Translations under genes and position numbers: made by a program | Shown here: positions 1-12,819 of the stretch, in pieces | Layout of the letters: each line of letters opens with the position of its first letter | How positions within the stretch are numbered: position 1 is the stretch's first letter | From: Zygnema circumcarinatum SAG 698-1b | Taxonomy: Eukaryota > Plantae > Zygnematophyceae | Length of the DNA stretch: 64,000 nucleotides | Assembly: GCA_037447605.1 (NCBI GenBank) | Contig: CM074808.1 | Location: 1,488,001 to 1,552,000, forward strand | Reading direction: 5' to 3' | Notes under the pieces: generated by a model | Database searches by the model: none | What the model was told of the DNA's origin: nothing | What the model saw: the letters and a program-made list of their open reading frames with translations, nothing else

Positions 1-26
1 TTGCATAAGAGATTCAAGATACTGAC

Positions 27-450
27 CATCAAATAAAATTACTGGTCTGTCGTCCGTGGTGAAGTAATCGTCAGATTTGTGAGCAATCCCTCTATTGATT
101 GTAGCATCTGCGCTTTCAAGCGACGACGGTGCTGCCCGTCCCTCAGCCACTGCAAGCTGTGCAGTGCTCGGTTTCACATACGCGGACTTTTGTGCAACCA
201 ATGGCGCCTGCTTGACAGTCAGCGGAGATCGCAAACCACCTTGACTCAACCAATCGCTCTCATTCCTTTTACTCTCACCCTTCGACCTACTCCCCAGGCT
301 ACCAAAAACGCTAGCCACGGCAAGATGCGCCGAATTGATACGCTGCAGACTCCGTCCATGCTGACAGAAATGGACTCCCAACTCCTCTCCAACAAACCCA
401 GAAGTAAGCACCAGCCTTCCCCGCACAGACGACCGCAGCACAGCCTCCAT
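27..450 (-). CDS. First exon of a DCC-family (DUF393) thiol-disulfide oxidoreductase, probably plastid-targeted; the gene continues off the left edge
   Basis: Not in the ORF track. ATG at 450 reads MEAVLRSSVRGRLVL...HKSDDYFTTDDRPVILFDG, then a phase-1 GT donor (G|GTCAGT) at 26. (D/K)RP(I/V)(I/M)LFDG precedes the CxxC of DCC proteins; the CxxC itself is outside the window. Confidence 0.7.
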
Positions 451-489
451 AGCTTTCGCCCTTACAAAGCACCACTGAGCAGTACTCAG

Positions 490-585
490 CCCCTCTCCTC
501 CCTGTCGCCTCCCTCCCTCCTCTCCCTTCCTCCTCTCCCTCTCTCCCTCTCCCTCCCTTCTCTCCCTCTCCTTCCCTCCCTCGCG
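490..585. repeat. CT-rich simple repeat (CTCCCT-like) upstream of the DCC gene
   Basis: Pure C/T tract seen directly. Confidence 0.85.
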
Positions 586-2248
586 AGCCTGCACTGCTAC
601 CAAGAGCCTACCGGTTCCACGAAAATAGGAGGCGGGCCGCTCGCAGGATCCAGCAGGTCCGGCGGCCACGCGCAATGAGTCGACTTCGAGCCGAGTCGAG
701 ATCTGCTCGATTTCACGTTTTTGAGCTCGCCGTTTGACTCGGGAGCGTTTCGCGAGGCGCAAGGGCAGAGAGTCAAAAACTCAGCGCCTGGACCTAAAGG
801 CCTGACCTCCCTCAAATCGTCGACGACACCAATGAGAGATTGACACGCCAAAGAATTTTCAGAGGACGAGTGCCAATTGGATAGGATCGAAAAATGCTTG
901 AAGTGAGTTGAGTTGAGACCGAGCAGAACTCGCCTCGACCGCCATGAACTGGCCCGCCACGTGGCAGATCGCAATCTCGCGAAGCCGCCAGCGCGGACCG
1001 GCCACACGTGCGGCCAATCCCGCCGCTCGTCTTGATTCTGCGCGCGAGGGCGTTCATACGGAAGATCCGTACGTCCGTATCCGTCGTTGTGTGGAGATTT
1101 CGTTCACACGGGCGGTGACAATGTGAGCTCGTCGTTGTCTCTACCGACCTCGACCCACAAGGTTTGAAAATGTCGGACAACATTTTGCCGCTTTAGCTTT
1201 AGCTGCCTTCATGTTGTAACATTGCTAATTGCCTCCGAGCTGCTTTGGGCGATGCCCACGGCTGGCCTCCTCTAGTGCCCAGGCTCGTGCTCCCCCGTTT
1301 TATTTCCTGGATGTTGAGTCCGTCCCGCGTATCCAGTCCATATGTTTGGAAGGGGTATTTGCCGTTGGTTACTCTCCCCTCGTTGTGTTTGTGGTCGCTT
1401 GATTAACGCATCCATCTTCTTCACTGTGCACACGGCGGTGATACATTTTGGCTCATAGTGTTGTGCGCGACGCGATTGCCGCGGTGGTGTAGAAAGCGGG
1501 TGTTTCCTCGTGCAGCAAGCGCGCCGAACCCCATTGTTCCCCCTCGGCTGATCGCTTATGGGGAGTGAGGGGTCCGGCGTCCTTCGCGGCTGCTGCTAGA
1601 GCCGTGTTGGTTGGCCCTCGAAGCACAGTTCCGCGCGTGGATTTTTCCTTCGTCCCTGGGTCATTACTCTGTGGCTGGCTCCCCTTGGCTCCCCATGTTG
1701 TGTTGCTTTTGTCCGTGGACATTTCATGGACCGCCATCGTGAAGCCAATGCCATCTCCATCTCACAACATGTAAATAATTGCCACCGTCAAATGGGCAAC
1801 ACAGGAAGGGCGTTGGAGACTTGGAGGCGCTTGTCGTATCCAAACTTCCAAACTGCCAATGGCCGCCTCTAGTACGGTGGGCCCTGCGGCGCAAATTGAC
1901 GCTGCCGGCCGTACGGCGTTGACTGGCGGGTACAGCGGTTAAGACGGCCTTTTTGTCCTCTACGAACGACCGGAAGATAACGACTTCAGCCGGTTCCCGT
2001 GCACCCCGTAAAACGTCTCCAGTTTAGCCGCCGTAAGGACAGGGGTTTCACGGATACAATGCACACGTGAATGGCTTCTTGAAAGCCTCTCCCTCTCTCA
2101 CGTTCTTCTCTCTCTCCTTTCCTCTCTCTCTCCTTCACTCAGAGCTCTCTCTCTCTCTCTCGCAGGAGGAGCTCCTGCAGGACAAGGGCTTGTCAATACC
2201 GCGCCTCCCTGCAAGCAGCCGCCCTGACTTAGGCTGGGAGCGGCAGCC

Positions 2249-4438
2249 ATGAAAGGCGGCCCGACGAGAGAGAGGCGCAATGGTCGCATTGGAGGATTCG
2301 AGTGGACCATGCCAGATCGCCTCCCGCGTTCAAAGGGGAAGTCCTTCAACACTGTGGGGCTCTTGATCTCAGCGCTGCCATGGCTGTGTTTCTCGAGCTT
2401 CATTATTTTAGGGTTCGTATTTCTCGGGAACGGGTGGAGAGGACAGCCGCGGACTTCCTTAGCCATTCCTTCCGTTGTGTATTCTGACCTAAAGGCGCAC
2501 CTACCTGCTGAACCACTGTCTGAAGAAAGTGAAACACGAGCAGGGTCAGAAACAAATGCCATTACAGAAGACGAAGTTTCAGGGAACAGCGCGCTCATGG
2601 AGGCCCGCAAAGAAACTGATGGAAGCAGCTTTACAAGTGGAGGGGAGGGAGAATCTTCTGGCGGGAGTGGAGGCTCTGAAGAGCGGACGAGATTTAACGG
2701 ATACGGAGAACTTGGCAGCAAACATCAGGCTGGGCTGCACAGCGGATACACGGATGTAGTTTCGCATTCCCGATTTCGAGGCCGATTTGAGGATAGGCTG
2801 AATGGTAATGCTGAGAGGAACCAGGAAGGAGAGACACCAGTGTTGCCACAGACAACTGGTCAAGAGAAGCAAAGAGAGGACTATTTTGGAGGTTCTTTTT
2901 CGCCTCGAAATGTCCAGCGGGAGCCATGGAGAAGAGTGGAACCACCTAGCGTGGACGAGGCAAGAGGGCGTGATATCAGTAGGGCTGACGCTGGCATTGG
3001 GGAGATTTTGGAGAGGCAAGAGCAGCAGACTTTGAGTCAACAGGGTGAGGCACAGGGTGCAGAGTTGGGGAGAGAGTGGAAGCAAGTGGGGGGAGAAGGT
3101 CGGTTCCACGCAGAACATGCAAACGTTGCAGGTGTAGATGGGGAGAGGGGGGTAGGAGAGGAGACGATGAGGGGTGATGCAGGAGTATTCGAGAGGAAGG
3201 AAGCGAGTGCCGGCATAAGTGGACACCTGAGAGACACGCAGGAATCAGAATTCAGTCACGGTTCAGAAGAAAGGATGGTCGAGAAAAACGGAGATGCAGC
3301 AGAACTGGGCAGCTTTCAGAGTGAGAGTGGCTCGTTATCGACTGAAAGGATGGAAGTGGATGGTAGGAATCATGAGATAGGTGGAGATGCCAGAGTTGAA
3401 GTTAGGATTCCTGTGCAGGAAGCCATGAGCGAGACGAGGATGGACAAAACACCGTTGCAAGTGGACGGAGCTCAAAGCCTGGATGAAATATGGAGCAAGT
3501 TGATCCACAAGCAGGGAGGAAAGGCAGAACACCGCCGCTATGGGAGTGAAGGTCTTGTGGAGAATGTTGACAGTTTAGAGCAGATATGGAAGAAGCACTA
3601 TGCAGAAGATACTGTTGGGGGACAGCGGTTGGGTTCCGGAACCTCTGCTAAAAAGGCGAAGGTGGATTTGGATGCTCTGTGGGACAAGCACTTTAGTGAC
3701 TCTAAGAAGGAGGCGACCGGGGAAAGGCAGAACGAGGAGTACGGAAGCTTGGGTGGTGGAGAATGGGTCAGGGCAGGTAGAGCGTCTGAGGGTATAGAGG
3801 GTGAGGAGGCGACAGGAGCACGTGGAACTGGAAACGCGGGAGCAGAGGAAGGGGAAAAGAGAGAGGAGTTTCCAATGGGGGAGAGGGGGTTTAGAAAGAG
3901 AGAGGGCATGGAACCTGGTGGGGGAGTGGAGGGGAAAGGATTGGGTGAGGAGAGGGGAGGATTTACGGAGGTTCTGCCTAGGACTTCGCTGAGGAGGGAG
4001 AAGGATTTCAAGGAGAGGTCAGGGTTCAGGCGCAGTGACATCAGAGGGCAAGATAGTAGGGAGGGAGATGGTTCAGATTCTAGGACAGGCTTTGTCTCGA
4101 AGCGGGCCGCGGAGGAGGACAGGTTTGTGAAGGGCGGAGAGTTAGCAGATAGTAGAAGAGACTCTGAGGAAGATGACGAGGAGGACGAGGAAGGAGATGA
4201 GGAGAGAGTAGGAATGAAGAGTGAGGGTATCGGGAGGAGCCCCAAGGAAGAGCCGGTTAAGCAAGAAAGGCAGCACCGTCGGGGCTTTCAAAGTCATCAT
4301 TGGGAAGGTGCGAGGGAGAGGACACAAGTAGAGAGGGAAACTCGCTTGGGTGGTCAATGGAGTCGAGGAGCCACAGAAAAGAGCACAGAAATCAGGGGCT
4401 GGGAGAGGCCCTACACACGCAAAGAACGCCAACCCTAA
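2249..4438 (+). CDS. 729-aa single-ORF protein with an N-terminal transmembrane segment and a long E/G/R/S-rich low-complexity region; function unknown
   Basis: Long stop-free ORF with hydrophobic stretch VGLLISALPWLCFSSFIILGFVFLG near the N-terminus, preceded by a CT-rich leader (about 2085-2160). No catalytic domain recognised; further 3' exons are not excluded. Confidence 0.7.
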   Translation: MKGGPTRERRNGRIGGFEWTMPDRLPRSKGKSFNTVGLLISALPWLCFSSFIILGFVFLGNGWRGQPRTSLAIPSVVYSDLKAHLPAEPLSEESETRAGSETNAITEDEVSGNSALMEARKETDGSSFTSGGEGESSGGSGGSEERTRFNGYGELGSKHQAGLHSGYTDVVSHSRFRGRFEDRLNGNAERNQEGETPVLPQTTGQEKQREDYFGGSFSPRNVQREPWRRVEPPSVDEARGRDISRADAGIGEILERQEQQTLSQQGEAQGAELGREWKQVGGEGRFHAEHANVAGVDGERGVGEETMRGDAGVFERKEASAGISGHLRDTQESEFSHGSEERMVEKNGDAAELGSFQSESGSLSTERMEVDGRNHEIGGDARVEVRIPVQEAMSETRMDKTPLQVDGAQSLDEIWSKLIHKQGGKAEHRRYGSEGLVENVDSLEQIWKKHYAEDTVGGQRLGSGTSAKKAKVDLDALWDKHFSDSKKEATGERQNEEYGSLGGGEWVRAGRASEGIEGEEATGARGTGNAGAEEGEKREEFPMGERGFRKREGMEPGGGVEGKGLGEERGGFTEVLPRTSLRREKDFKERSGFRRSDIRGQDSREGDGSDSRTGFVSKRAAEEDRFVKGGELADSRRDSEEDDEEDEEGDEERVGMKSEGIGRSPKEEPVKQERQHRRGFQSHHWEGARERTQVERETRLGGQWSRGATEKSTEIRGWERPYTRKERQP

Positions 4439-5795
4439 TGGAAGGAAACGGAAGGTCTGCCTTCCGATCCTTCTGAAAGTAAAGTCTGCCGAGAAAACTT
4501 CCCTTGAAAAGGTAAAACTTGGTGGAAATCTTCCAGCGGAAGAACATCAGGCTAAGGGCGGCATGGCCGTACGCCCGGCATGCCTGCCTTTCCGGGAAAG
4601 TTATTTATTGGTCTTGTAGATTGAAAAATGTACAGCATCGTTTTTTACTGCAAGCCTCTGTTGCAGCTGGAAAAGCTAACTGCTGATCGAGGCTTTTGCA
4701 GCTTTTACTCCGATATTTCAGTTTTGAAGGATTCAGTCATTAATGAGCAGCGTGCAGTTTGCTGATTGGCTCATCCTAACAAAACGACGAGCAGCTTCTT
4801 GGTATTCGTCTACAGTCGATGGATACCAAGAGAAAGAGAGGGGGGAGGGGGTGCAGTGTCCCCCTAAAAGAACCTTTAGGGCAATTGCTGAGAGTGTGGC
4901 GAGTCCTCCCAATTCCCACCACTCCGCACTTCTCAGTTCTGTTCGTGGTCTGTTCGAGGCTGATTTTTGCATCAACATTTTTTTTCTTCCCAAAATCTAT
5001 TATTTGGCTAAGTGGTGAAGGCAAGTGAGTTCCAAGGAGAGGTGGGGCCTGGCGATGGCCGCTTTAGACAGTAGCTTCCAGTAAGATGCAGAATACTTTA
5101 TACTCGTTTGGCCTCCTGGTCAGAACTTGGAGTAGGTGGCAGTGGTCCATCACTTTCTGTTGGATTCGATTCTTTTTTAAAATTATTGAACAATTCATCT
5201 CGGGAATGCATGAGATGGCAGCTCCTCATGCCTTCTCTTTTCATGTGAGAGTGAGAGAATGCGAGGCACGAGGAATGGCGCTTGCAAGACAATTGAGAGC
5301 TCGTCATGGCGGAGAAAAGAAGCCATGCAAGTGTGAACAGCTTTAACAATTGAAAAAATTTGTATCGAACATCGGGAAAAGCCTCCACGTTTGTTGGTTT
5401 GTAGGGTTTTTGGATTTTTGGGGTTTCTGGATTTTAGGGATTCGGCTTAAAAACCACAAAGAACCGTTCGGAAACCAAAAAGGAGGTGACGCCATGGACG
5501 CCTGATCCGCCAGATCTTTGGTCCGCACCGATATTTTTAGGACAACGACGAAGATCGGAAAAAATAGGACCCTGTGTGAACGGTTTCGGACCCGTGGATA
5601 GATATCCCACGTCAGCTTCGCCCAGAGCCCCGTCATCCGTCCGAAGCACGTGCCTGGTGACACGTGGACGCATGGCAAGCGGGGAAGGCCCGGGAGAGGC
5701 TGGGGAGCGGCTCGGCCGCCAGCAAGGAAAGAACGAAAGCCCTGTTGTTGCCAAAAAGGCGCCGGAGATCGTCTCTTGCAGGAGACCGCTCAGGG

Positions 5796-5862
5796 GAGGG
5801 AGAGGGTGAGAGAGAGAGGGAGAGGGAGAGGGAGAGGGAGAGGGAGAGGGAGAGGGAGAGGA
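5796..5862. repeat. (GAGAGG)n microsatellite in the leader of the 5919 gene
   Basis: Seen directly. Confidence 0.9.
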
Positions 5863-5918
5863 TATTCAGAAGAGAGAATCGAGAAGGATTCAGTACGTTG
5901 GAAAGCATTTGAGACGCT

Positions 5919-8539
5919 ATGGAGTTGCGTATGTTCTTTGATTGCAGCGTGGCTTACATGGACGAGAGCGGCTGTGTCCATTTCTGTCTCCCTATTTATG
6001 TGGACGTGGGAGGCGTCTGTCATGCGTCTCTTGCAGGCATCCGCGCATTCAGCGGTGCCATGGATGAGGCCGTTCTTGAAAGATATGGTCCGGTGAATTT
6101 GCACGAGTTTTATGCGATTGCACAGGCCAGGCTGATGCTTGAAAGGGAGGAGCAAAAGAGGCTTATGGAATGCGTGCTCGAGGAAATGATTCAGCGCGTG
6201 CGGGAAATGAAGCGAATGAAGGCGAAGTCCAAGCTGCAGCTGCTTCACAAAAACAATGCCAGTATCAAACAGCCAAACATGAAAGGTGACCACCTATCCT
6301 ATTGAGAGCAATTGTGTGGGAGAGTGAGTCAGAAAAGTTTGGTTCCTTGATTTCCAATTCACGTATCTTATCAGTTATTTCTTTGCGTCTGTACAGTTGA
6401 AACGACGCTTTTCTTGCCAATTGATAGGCTACGGTTTACGTGTAGCATTTCTTTTGTTGAATGTGAATGCTTTGATTTTATTTTGTACGTCTAGATCTTA
6501 CGAATTAGGATGTATTGAGATATGCTTGCAGCGGTTTTGAATTCTTACGGCATTTAGCCCGAGTGCACCCTCCTGATTCAGCTGTATGATGGTGGAATTT
6601 GCCTATGGAAAACAGACCTGTTGCTTCGGGAGCTTTGGGACGATCATCAAGGCAATCATGTCTCGTCCTTCCAAGCGAAGAGGGAAATCAATTCCAAACA
6701 CCTGGTAAAGAGGATGTCACTGTACATGAATTCTCTGGTGATGAGAGATAGTCCGGCTTGTCTTTCGGTTCAGCTGGGGCTCTGTTTGGAAATTCTTTAC
6801 TGGAGTGATAAACAGCATACTTGGTAGTTCCTGCTTCTGGCCATGTATGTTGTTGAAGAGTTGTGGCATGCTTACGTCCGTGTCAAAAGTGCCCAGGAGT
6901 TCAATTTCTTGAATCTTTCTTTATACACGAGCTGATGTTTTTACTACGGATGTTGCAGGCTCCAACACGCCTTCACACTCGCTGTGGGATGATGCCACGA
7001 TGCACAAAGAACAGAGTTCACAATCTGCATCAACCTCGGGCCGCTGTATATTGATGTACAGGGCTGGTTTTACTGCCGCTACCTGCCATTGGCAAGACAC
7101 TGTAAACTTGTGAAACTAGTTAGTGAGCGACAACTTCAGTGCACGCTGTATACGAGGGGCCTGCCAAAATGTTGCGTAGCTCGTCAAAACACCCTTCCGA
7201 CAAAAAACTGTAGATTTGTGAAATATGTTGGGTAGGCAAAGGTCACTTGTTTCAGAGATCCGTGACCCACGTCCGTCAACAGCGTTGTGGATACAAAGAG
7301 GAAGTAGGAAGCTGTTTTATCAAACTGATGGTCTGTAAATATTGACTTCGGTTGCGTTCACTGTTTGTTTCCTTGCATCTCGCGAGAGTATTGCTGATCT
7401 GCATGAGGATGATTAGGTAGGCGGGATAGGCGATTTCCGCATCATTCTCCCCCCCCCCCCCCCACCCATCAGTTTTTGCGCCCAAATGCCGTGCTTTTGT
7501 CAGTTTTGTGTAGAACACACGTTTACCGAAATGGCATTTCTCGGGGTGTACACAAACTGTGTTGGAGTTGAAAAACCCAAAGAGACGGAGGTTCGGATTG
7601 AAACGTTTGCTGGTGGAGGCATTTTGGAGTGGACTTTGGCCCTACTGTCGCACTTGTCTGCCTCGTCCGGCTCGCTCGGCAGGCGGCACTGGGCTGCTGA
7701 TATCACAAGTCCGTTCACGCCGCAGGTTGGGACACTGACAACAACAGGGACAACTCTGCCACACGGAACTGTCGCCAAAGTGGTCCCGCCGTTACTGGAC
7801 TTTTCTACAAAGCGGACTTGAAGGTTGTGCAGCAGCACATGGCTTTTGGCTGCAATCGGCACGAGAGTTGACGTTTTATACAAAAAAAACATCACAAACG
7901 TAGGGAGCAGTTCGAGCGGGCACCACAATTTAAGGGCTGAGCTGGCCTACAGTTCAATAGGTAATAAAGGGTGGAACTCGCACTTCAGCAACGCAGACCA
8001 TCAAACAAAAGAAATGGGAGGAGAACATCCCTCACAAGCCGCCAAGCGATTCACTTGCTGACTGCTCTTTATTTTTTTAGCAGAAAGGTTGCACAGATAA
8101 ATTCATGTGCGCCAATGCCGAAGCTGGACCAGACATGGCCCCTTTGTGTGGATTAAAATATCGGCGAACAATTCTTTCTCTGGATAGAGATTAGAAGCCG
8201 GCCCATCTTCAGAAGCCAGTGATGCGGCAAAGGCTGCCAGGCTGCGAGGCATGGCTCCTCAGGGCGGGATTTTTACATAGAACGACTTCAAGTGACCAGC
8301 AGTTGAACTTGAAACGGTAACCAGGACGGCTCATGTATACGAACATAGAAAAGCCACAAACCAAAGGAGAGCCCAAGTGGCCTGACCTCCATGGCGTTTT
8401 CGTCTTCGAAGACGAAGAAGCTCTGGAGGAACTCAAATATTCAGATGTTATGGTCCCGTCACAGCTCTCAGTTAAGGTCCTCCCAAACCTGACACATGGA
8501 ACAGGAAACATTACGAGGCACGGGTCAGATGTAGATTAG
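5919..8539 (+). CDS. Putative multi-exon gene of unknown function
   Basis: First exon MELRMFF...QPNMK|G ends at a GT donor near 6287 and contains a coiled-coil-like segment. Candidate later exons near 7510-7730, 7830-7950 and 8324-8539 can be joined in compatible phases, but no family was recognised and the model is ambiguous. Confidence 0.35.
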
Positions 8540-8668
8540 GGAGTGCATAGACTCCCTCCTTTCTACGTCACATCTCTTTCATCTCTCCCCTGCTGTAAAA
8601 TGCAGTGCACAGGAGAACATGGAACACCAAACGTTTCATGCAACCATGGCCAGAGGGTGACCTCACAT

Positions 8669-11600
8669 TCAACTGGTCGTTGTGGCAACGGAGCTCTGCA
8701 CAAGCTCATCATGGATAAGCCCAAGTTCGGCATCCGCTTGCGGTAGTTGTGCTCGAGGGCCCGACCTCTCTAACACGTTGAATAGTTCCACAAATTTGGC
8801 CAGGGTCAACTCCTCGGGCCGCGACTGCCAGTAGAAAGTAAACCTTCTGTTATTAAGAGCTCCGGTATTGCAAGCAGCCATGGAGTGGTGCAGGAACTCA
8901 AAGGATGGAAATGCAAGAGTGTGGCAAGATATTTTAGGGTTAGATAGAACTCACAGTGGGCGGCAACCCAATCGCCTCTAAGGCTTCTACCACCTGCAGG
9001 GGTTGGAATATTGGTTGAAGGGAGTTCCGTAGCATCTTGCGTTTGACTTCAAACGCGGAATTTACCTGCAACCAAACTCGGGCAAATCTTAGCTTGACCA
9101 GATACACTTTCACTACAAATCAATGTCTCTGTTGTGGAATACTCAATGTCACCTCTCCATTAGACATGTAAGAAGCATGCACGTGTGCGATAAACTTTCA
9201 TAAGCGTCTTCTGACACACCTCTCTGCCTCTCTGCCTCTCACCTCTCTGAATCGAGGTCAAATGCAGAAATGCATATCGGATGAATAAAAAGAAAGACAG
9301 ACACACTGATGATGCTTTTTTCACTCATTTGTGCACCTCTCTTACCCTTCGATGTGACCCCTACTGAATCACTGTGGCAAAAAGTCCTCCTGTTCGAGAC
9401 AATTAGATGCAAGGAAATGGACAGATTTGCACCAGAACGCCCCCAAACATAATGTTCTTATGTGAAAATGCAACCCCCATTAACCCTCACATACTGAACG
9501 TATTTTGAGGAAACCACTAGGGCTGTGCTTTCGAAATGACCCACCATGGAGAAAAATGCCCTTGGTGACGATACTTTCGGATATTCATGGACATGCTTGA
9601 CTAAAAACGTCACAACAGCTGCATTCACCTGTGCAGCGATCCCATGGAACCACTTTTGGAAATCAGTTCTGTTTAAACTCCGTTCCCCACGCACCCCTTC
9701 CACCACTTCGACAATTGCTTGAACTTCACCTCATGAATGGAAGACGGAAAACAGACAACTTCCTTGACCAGCTTACAAGCCACATTCAAGCGACAGGATA
9801 GACTTGCCCCTCACTTTTGGTGGCGGAAGGAAACTCAGCCGATCGACAAAGAAGTTGTACTTTGGATCTGCAGAGAGGCAACAACACATACAAGCACGAG
9901 CATACTGTCACCTCTCCAATGCACCATAGTAGCACATGCGCAATAATAAAAACAAGGAGCTGAGTAATGCAATAATAATAAGCTGGTATTCAGCTGAATA
10001 ATACCCTATCAGCCCTTAAGAGGCAATCGAACTGTCTGAACAAAAAGCCAAGACCTTGTGCCACCTGCCGGAATCTTGAATGGTCTCATCCTCTAGAAAC
10101 AGCTCAGCTATGTAATAAGCTCGACCAAACAACCGATGAAGAAAGGGAAGTACATTCTTACTGGAATAGAAGTGGACAAAAATGCTTATCCGGCGATATT
10201 CCGAAGTTCCGGGAGACGAATCCACGAGCCGCATAGCCGCTTCGTCCTGTCCAGACAGGCCCTTAGCAAATCAGCTCAAGCTAAGCATTCTAAGCCCATA
10301 TCAGAAGACATTTTTTTTTTTTCATGAATGCGAATGCGAGAGTGGAGTGATACCTGCAGCATGAGCACTACACGTGAGAACATGTCCGCCATGGGCAGGA
10401 GGCGGCGCACAACGTCCGTTGTGATGTTGAACGGGAGGTTGGACACCACCTGCTTAAACCCTAAGCCCCCGGCAACCCCACAGTCAGCCCCTTTCATGAT
10501 TCCTGCCAAACATGGCTCTGTCGGAGAAGAGGAGATGCAAAGTAAAGTAAAGCGCAGGTGGAGAGTACAAAAGGAGAAAAGACTGTCTAGTCTTGGCACT
10601 CATTTCGAGGAACTGACCCAAGGAAAGAGAGGAAGAGAACCTTGAACAGAGGTACAGTGAGCCTTCAATCAGCGGAACTCTGCTAACTAGCCATAATATT
10701 GAGGAAAAAGACAAAGCACCTTCGCCCGGAGAGGCGAGCCATCCTTCCGCGGAGAGGCCTCCTTTCTTCGTTGCTCCAAAGCAGCACCGATTGTGGAAGC
10801 AAGCGGCAGCTTCAGAAAGTCATCATGGAAAATCTGGGCGAGTCCACATCAAGTAAACATCTGTAAAAACCAAGTGCAAGTAAATCCCTTAAAGAATGAA
10901 AGCTTCACCTTCTCAATCCTTAGCAGAGTTTTTGATATGAGAGAGCATACAAACACTCTTAAAGAGTGCCCAGGCATTCCAGCTCGCTCCCGTTAGCTAC
11001 CAAATGATCCCAATCGATTGGAAGATGCCGGAGCTTGCAAGTGGAGTGTTATTTAAAACGCACAGCAATTTGCAACTGGGGATCCAAAACACTCCACATT
11101 TCTTTTCGTCAGGAGATCCTTGTTTGATTGGCAAACTGGAATTAAACCTTATATGCCAGTCTTTTCCCTCCCGCTCAACACCAAGCACTGCCCGGAGAAG
11201 GTAAGCAAGCCTACCTGCACATTGGAGCAGTCCGCAAAACGTTCTCTGGTCAAAGTGACCATGTCCTTATCCTGCCAAGGCGTCCCCCAGCTCCCCTGCC
11301 ATCTGTCATCAGCCTTTACACTCTCCCTGTGTGCCAGACTCGAGGGTTGCATCCACCAACTTTCATAGGTATTATGAGTGAAGGAGTAACGAACAGCGAT
11401 CAAAACTGAACTTAGCCACTACCTTCTCTCTCCATTCCTACTACGACGCAGACAGCTGTCCCCTGATACAGGCTTGTCATTTAGCCTTCATCACACCTCA
11501 TCACGCCTTCATCGCACCTCATCTCAGTTAACCAGCTTTGTATCTGTTTGCCTAAAAAAACCCATAGCATGGCAGGCTCAGGGGATAGCAACTCAGTTGC

Positions 11601-12504
11601 CTAAAAGGCTTCATTACAGTCGCCGCCACACTCTAATACCTCCCTTTCCGTCTACAAGAGCTGCTAACGTTCTACTTCCACCAAATGGTAGGAAGTAGAA
11701 CGCTACACGTCAGTGGCTACTAACATAACATCAGTACAATTTCTGCCGGTCACAACGGTATGATCACTTGAGTATTTGAGCTTGGGCAGGTAGGGAAAAA
11801 CTATCAGTGCAATTCAGGTTGAACATGGAATACACAATCGATTGGCACAGCGCACAGTCGCTTACCTTCTCCACCCCGATGACAAATGCACCAGCATCCA
11901 CCAGCGCTTGTGTGAGCGCTCCAGTTCCCGTGCCTACCTCCAACACCAAATCTCCCGGTTGAATGTCTGCAGCTTCCACAGTGCTCTTTGTAATGGCATC
12001 GCTCACCATGTAATGCTGCCACCCAAGCATCAATCAACAATTAACTTCTAGTACCTTTGGCAATGGTTTATTGTTTCTGCTAATTCTAACACGAGGTGCC
12101 TTGACTCAGTAGAAAGAGGTGAGCCTGCAGTTTATCTTCAGCAAGCACACCTGGCCCAACCACTTCTTTGGAGCACGGTTCTTGCTGTGCAACGCCCTCA
12201 ACGTCTTTCCAACCGTCTTCGCATCATTCTGAGATGTCTTCTCTTCGCCCACATACCTCCTTTTCCCTTCTCCACGTTCCTGGAATTGTTTCCTCCCCTG
12301 CCCAGCTTCCCTTTCTTGCTGCAACTTTTCCCCTCTCTGCTCCCTTAATTCCGCACTGGCAGTATGCCTTAACCTCCGCTCTAGACTACACACCCCCCTC
12401 CCAGTTGCTGCAGGCCTCCTTCGAGGCCCATCTTCCTCCACAAAGAGAGTACACCTCCCCGCTGACTCCCATGAGGAGGACCAGGAAAGAGAGCCCGCGG
12501 CCAT
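8669..12504 (-). CDS. PFC1: Plastid 16S rRNA adenine dimethyltransferase (RsmA/KsgA family)
   Basis: Exons spell PKKWLGQ / HYMV...DLVLEVGTGTGALTQALVDAGAFVIGVEK / DKDM / VVSNLPFNITTDVV / EYRRISIFVHFYS / DPKYNFFVDRLSFLPPPK / VNAAVVTF / VNSAFEVKRKMLRNSLQ / SRPEELTLAKFVELFNVL. These include the SAM-binding GxGxG and NLPF motifs; an upstream in-frame ATG lies at 12549. Confidence 0.95.
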
Positions 12505-12819
12505 GGCCGCACTCTCCGCAGGAGGGTGAGGGCAGAAGCTCACTTCCAATACAGTAACCCTAATCCTAGCCCTAACCCTGTTCTGATTTCAACCGCAACT
12601 CATCACGAACGTTCGTCGTCTATTGTGCATCGCCCCACCTTGGAATTTTTACGTTAGTGTATTCTCGACTACCCTTTATATTTTGACGCCGTCAAGGCTA
12701 ATCTGGAGCTGCAGTTAGCATCGATATGGTATTTCAGGTTTACTAACGCCTCCCTTCTGTTGGCAGCCTCGCTTTTACCGTCTTAGGAGACTGACACGCT
12801 CGTAGCCTTTCTTGAAGCC

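Noticed and set aside
1140-1800. Short ORFs as a transposon remnant
   Set aside because: No RT, integrase or transposase motif, and no terminal repeats seen.
2579-4245. Antisense S/P/L-rich ORFs
   Set aside because: Shadow frames of the purine-rich 729-aa + strand ORF.
9305-9370. CTGATGA...CTGA pair
   Set aside because: Antisense to the host PFC1 intron, with no terminal stem or target recognised.
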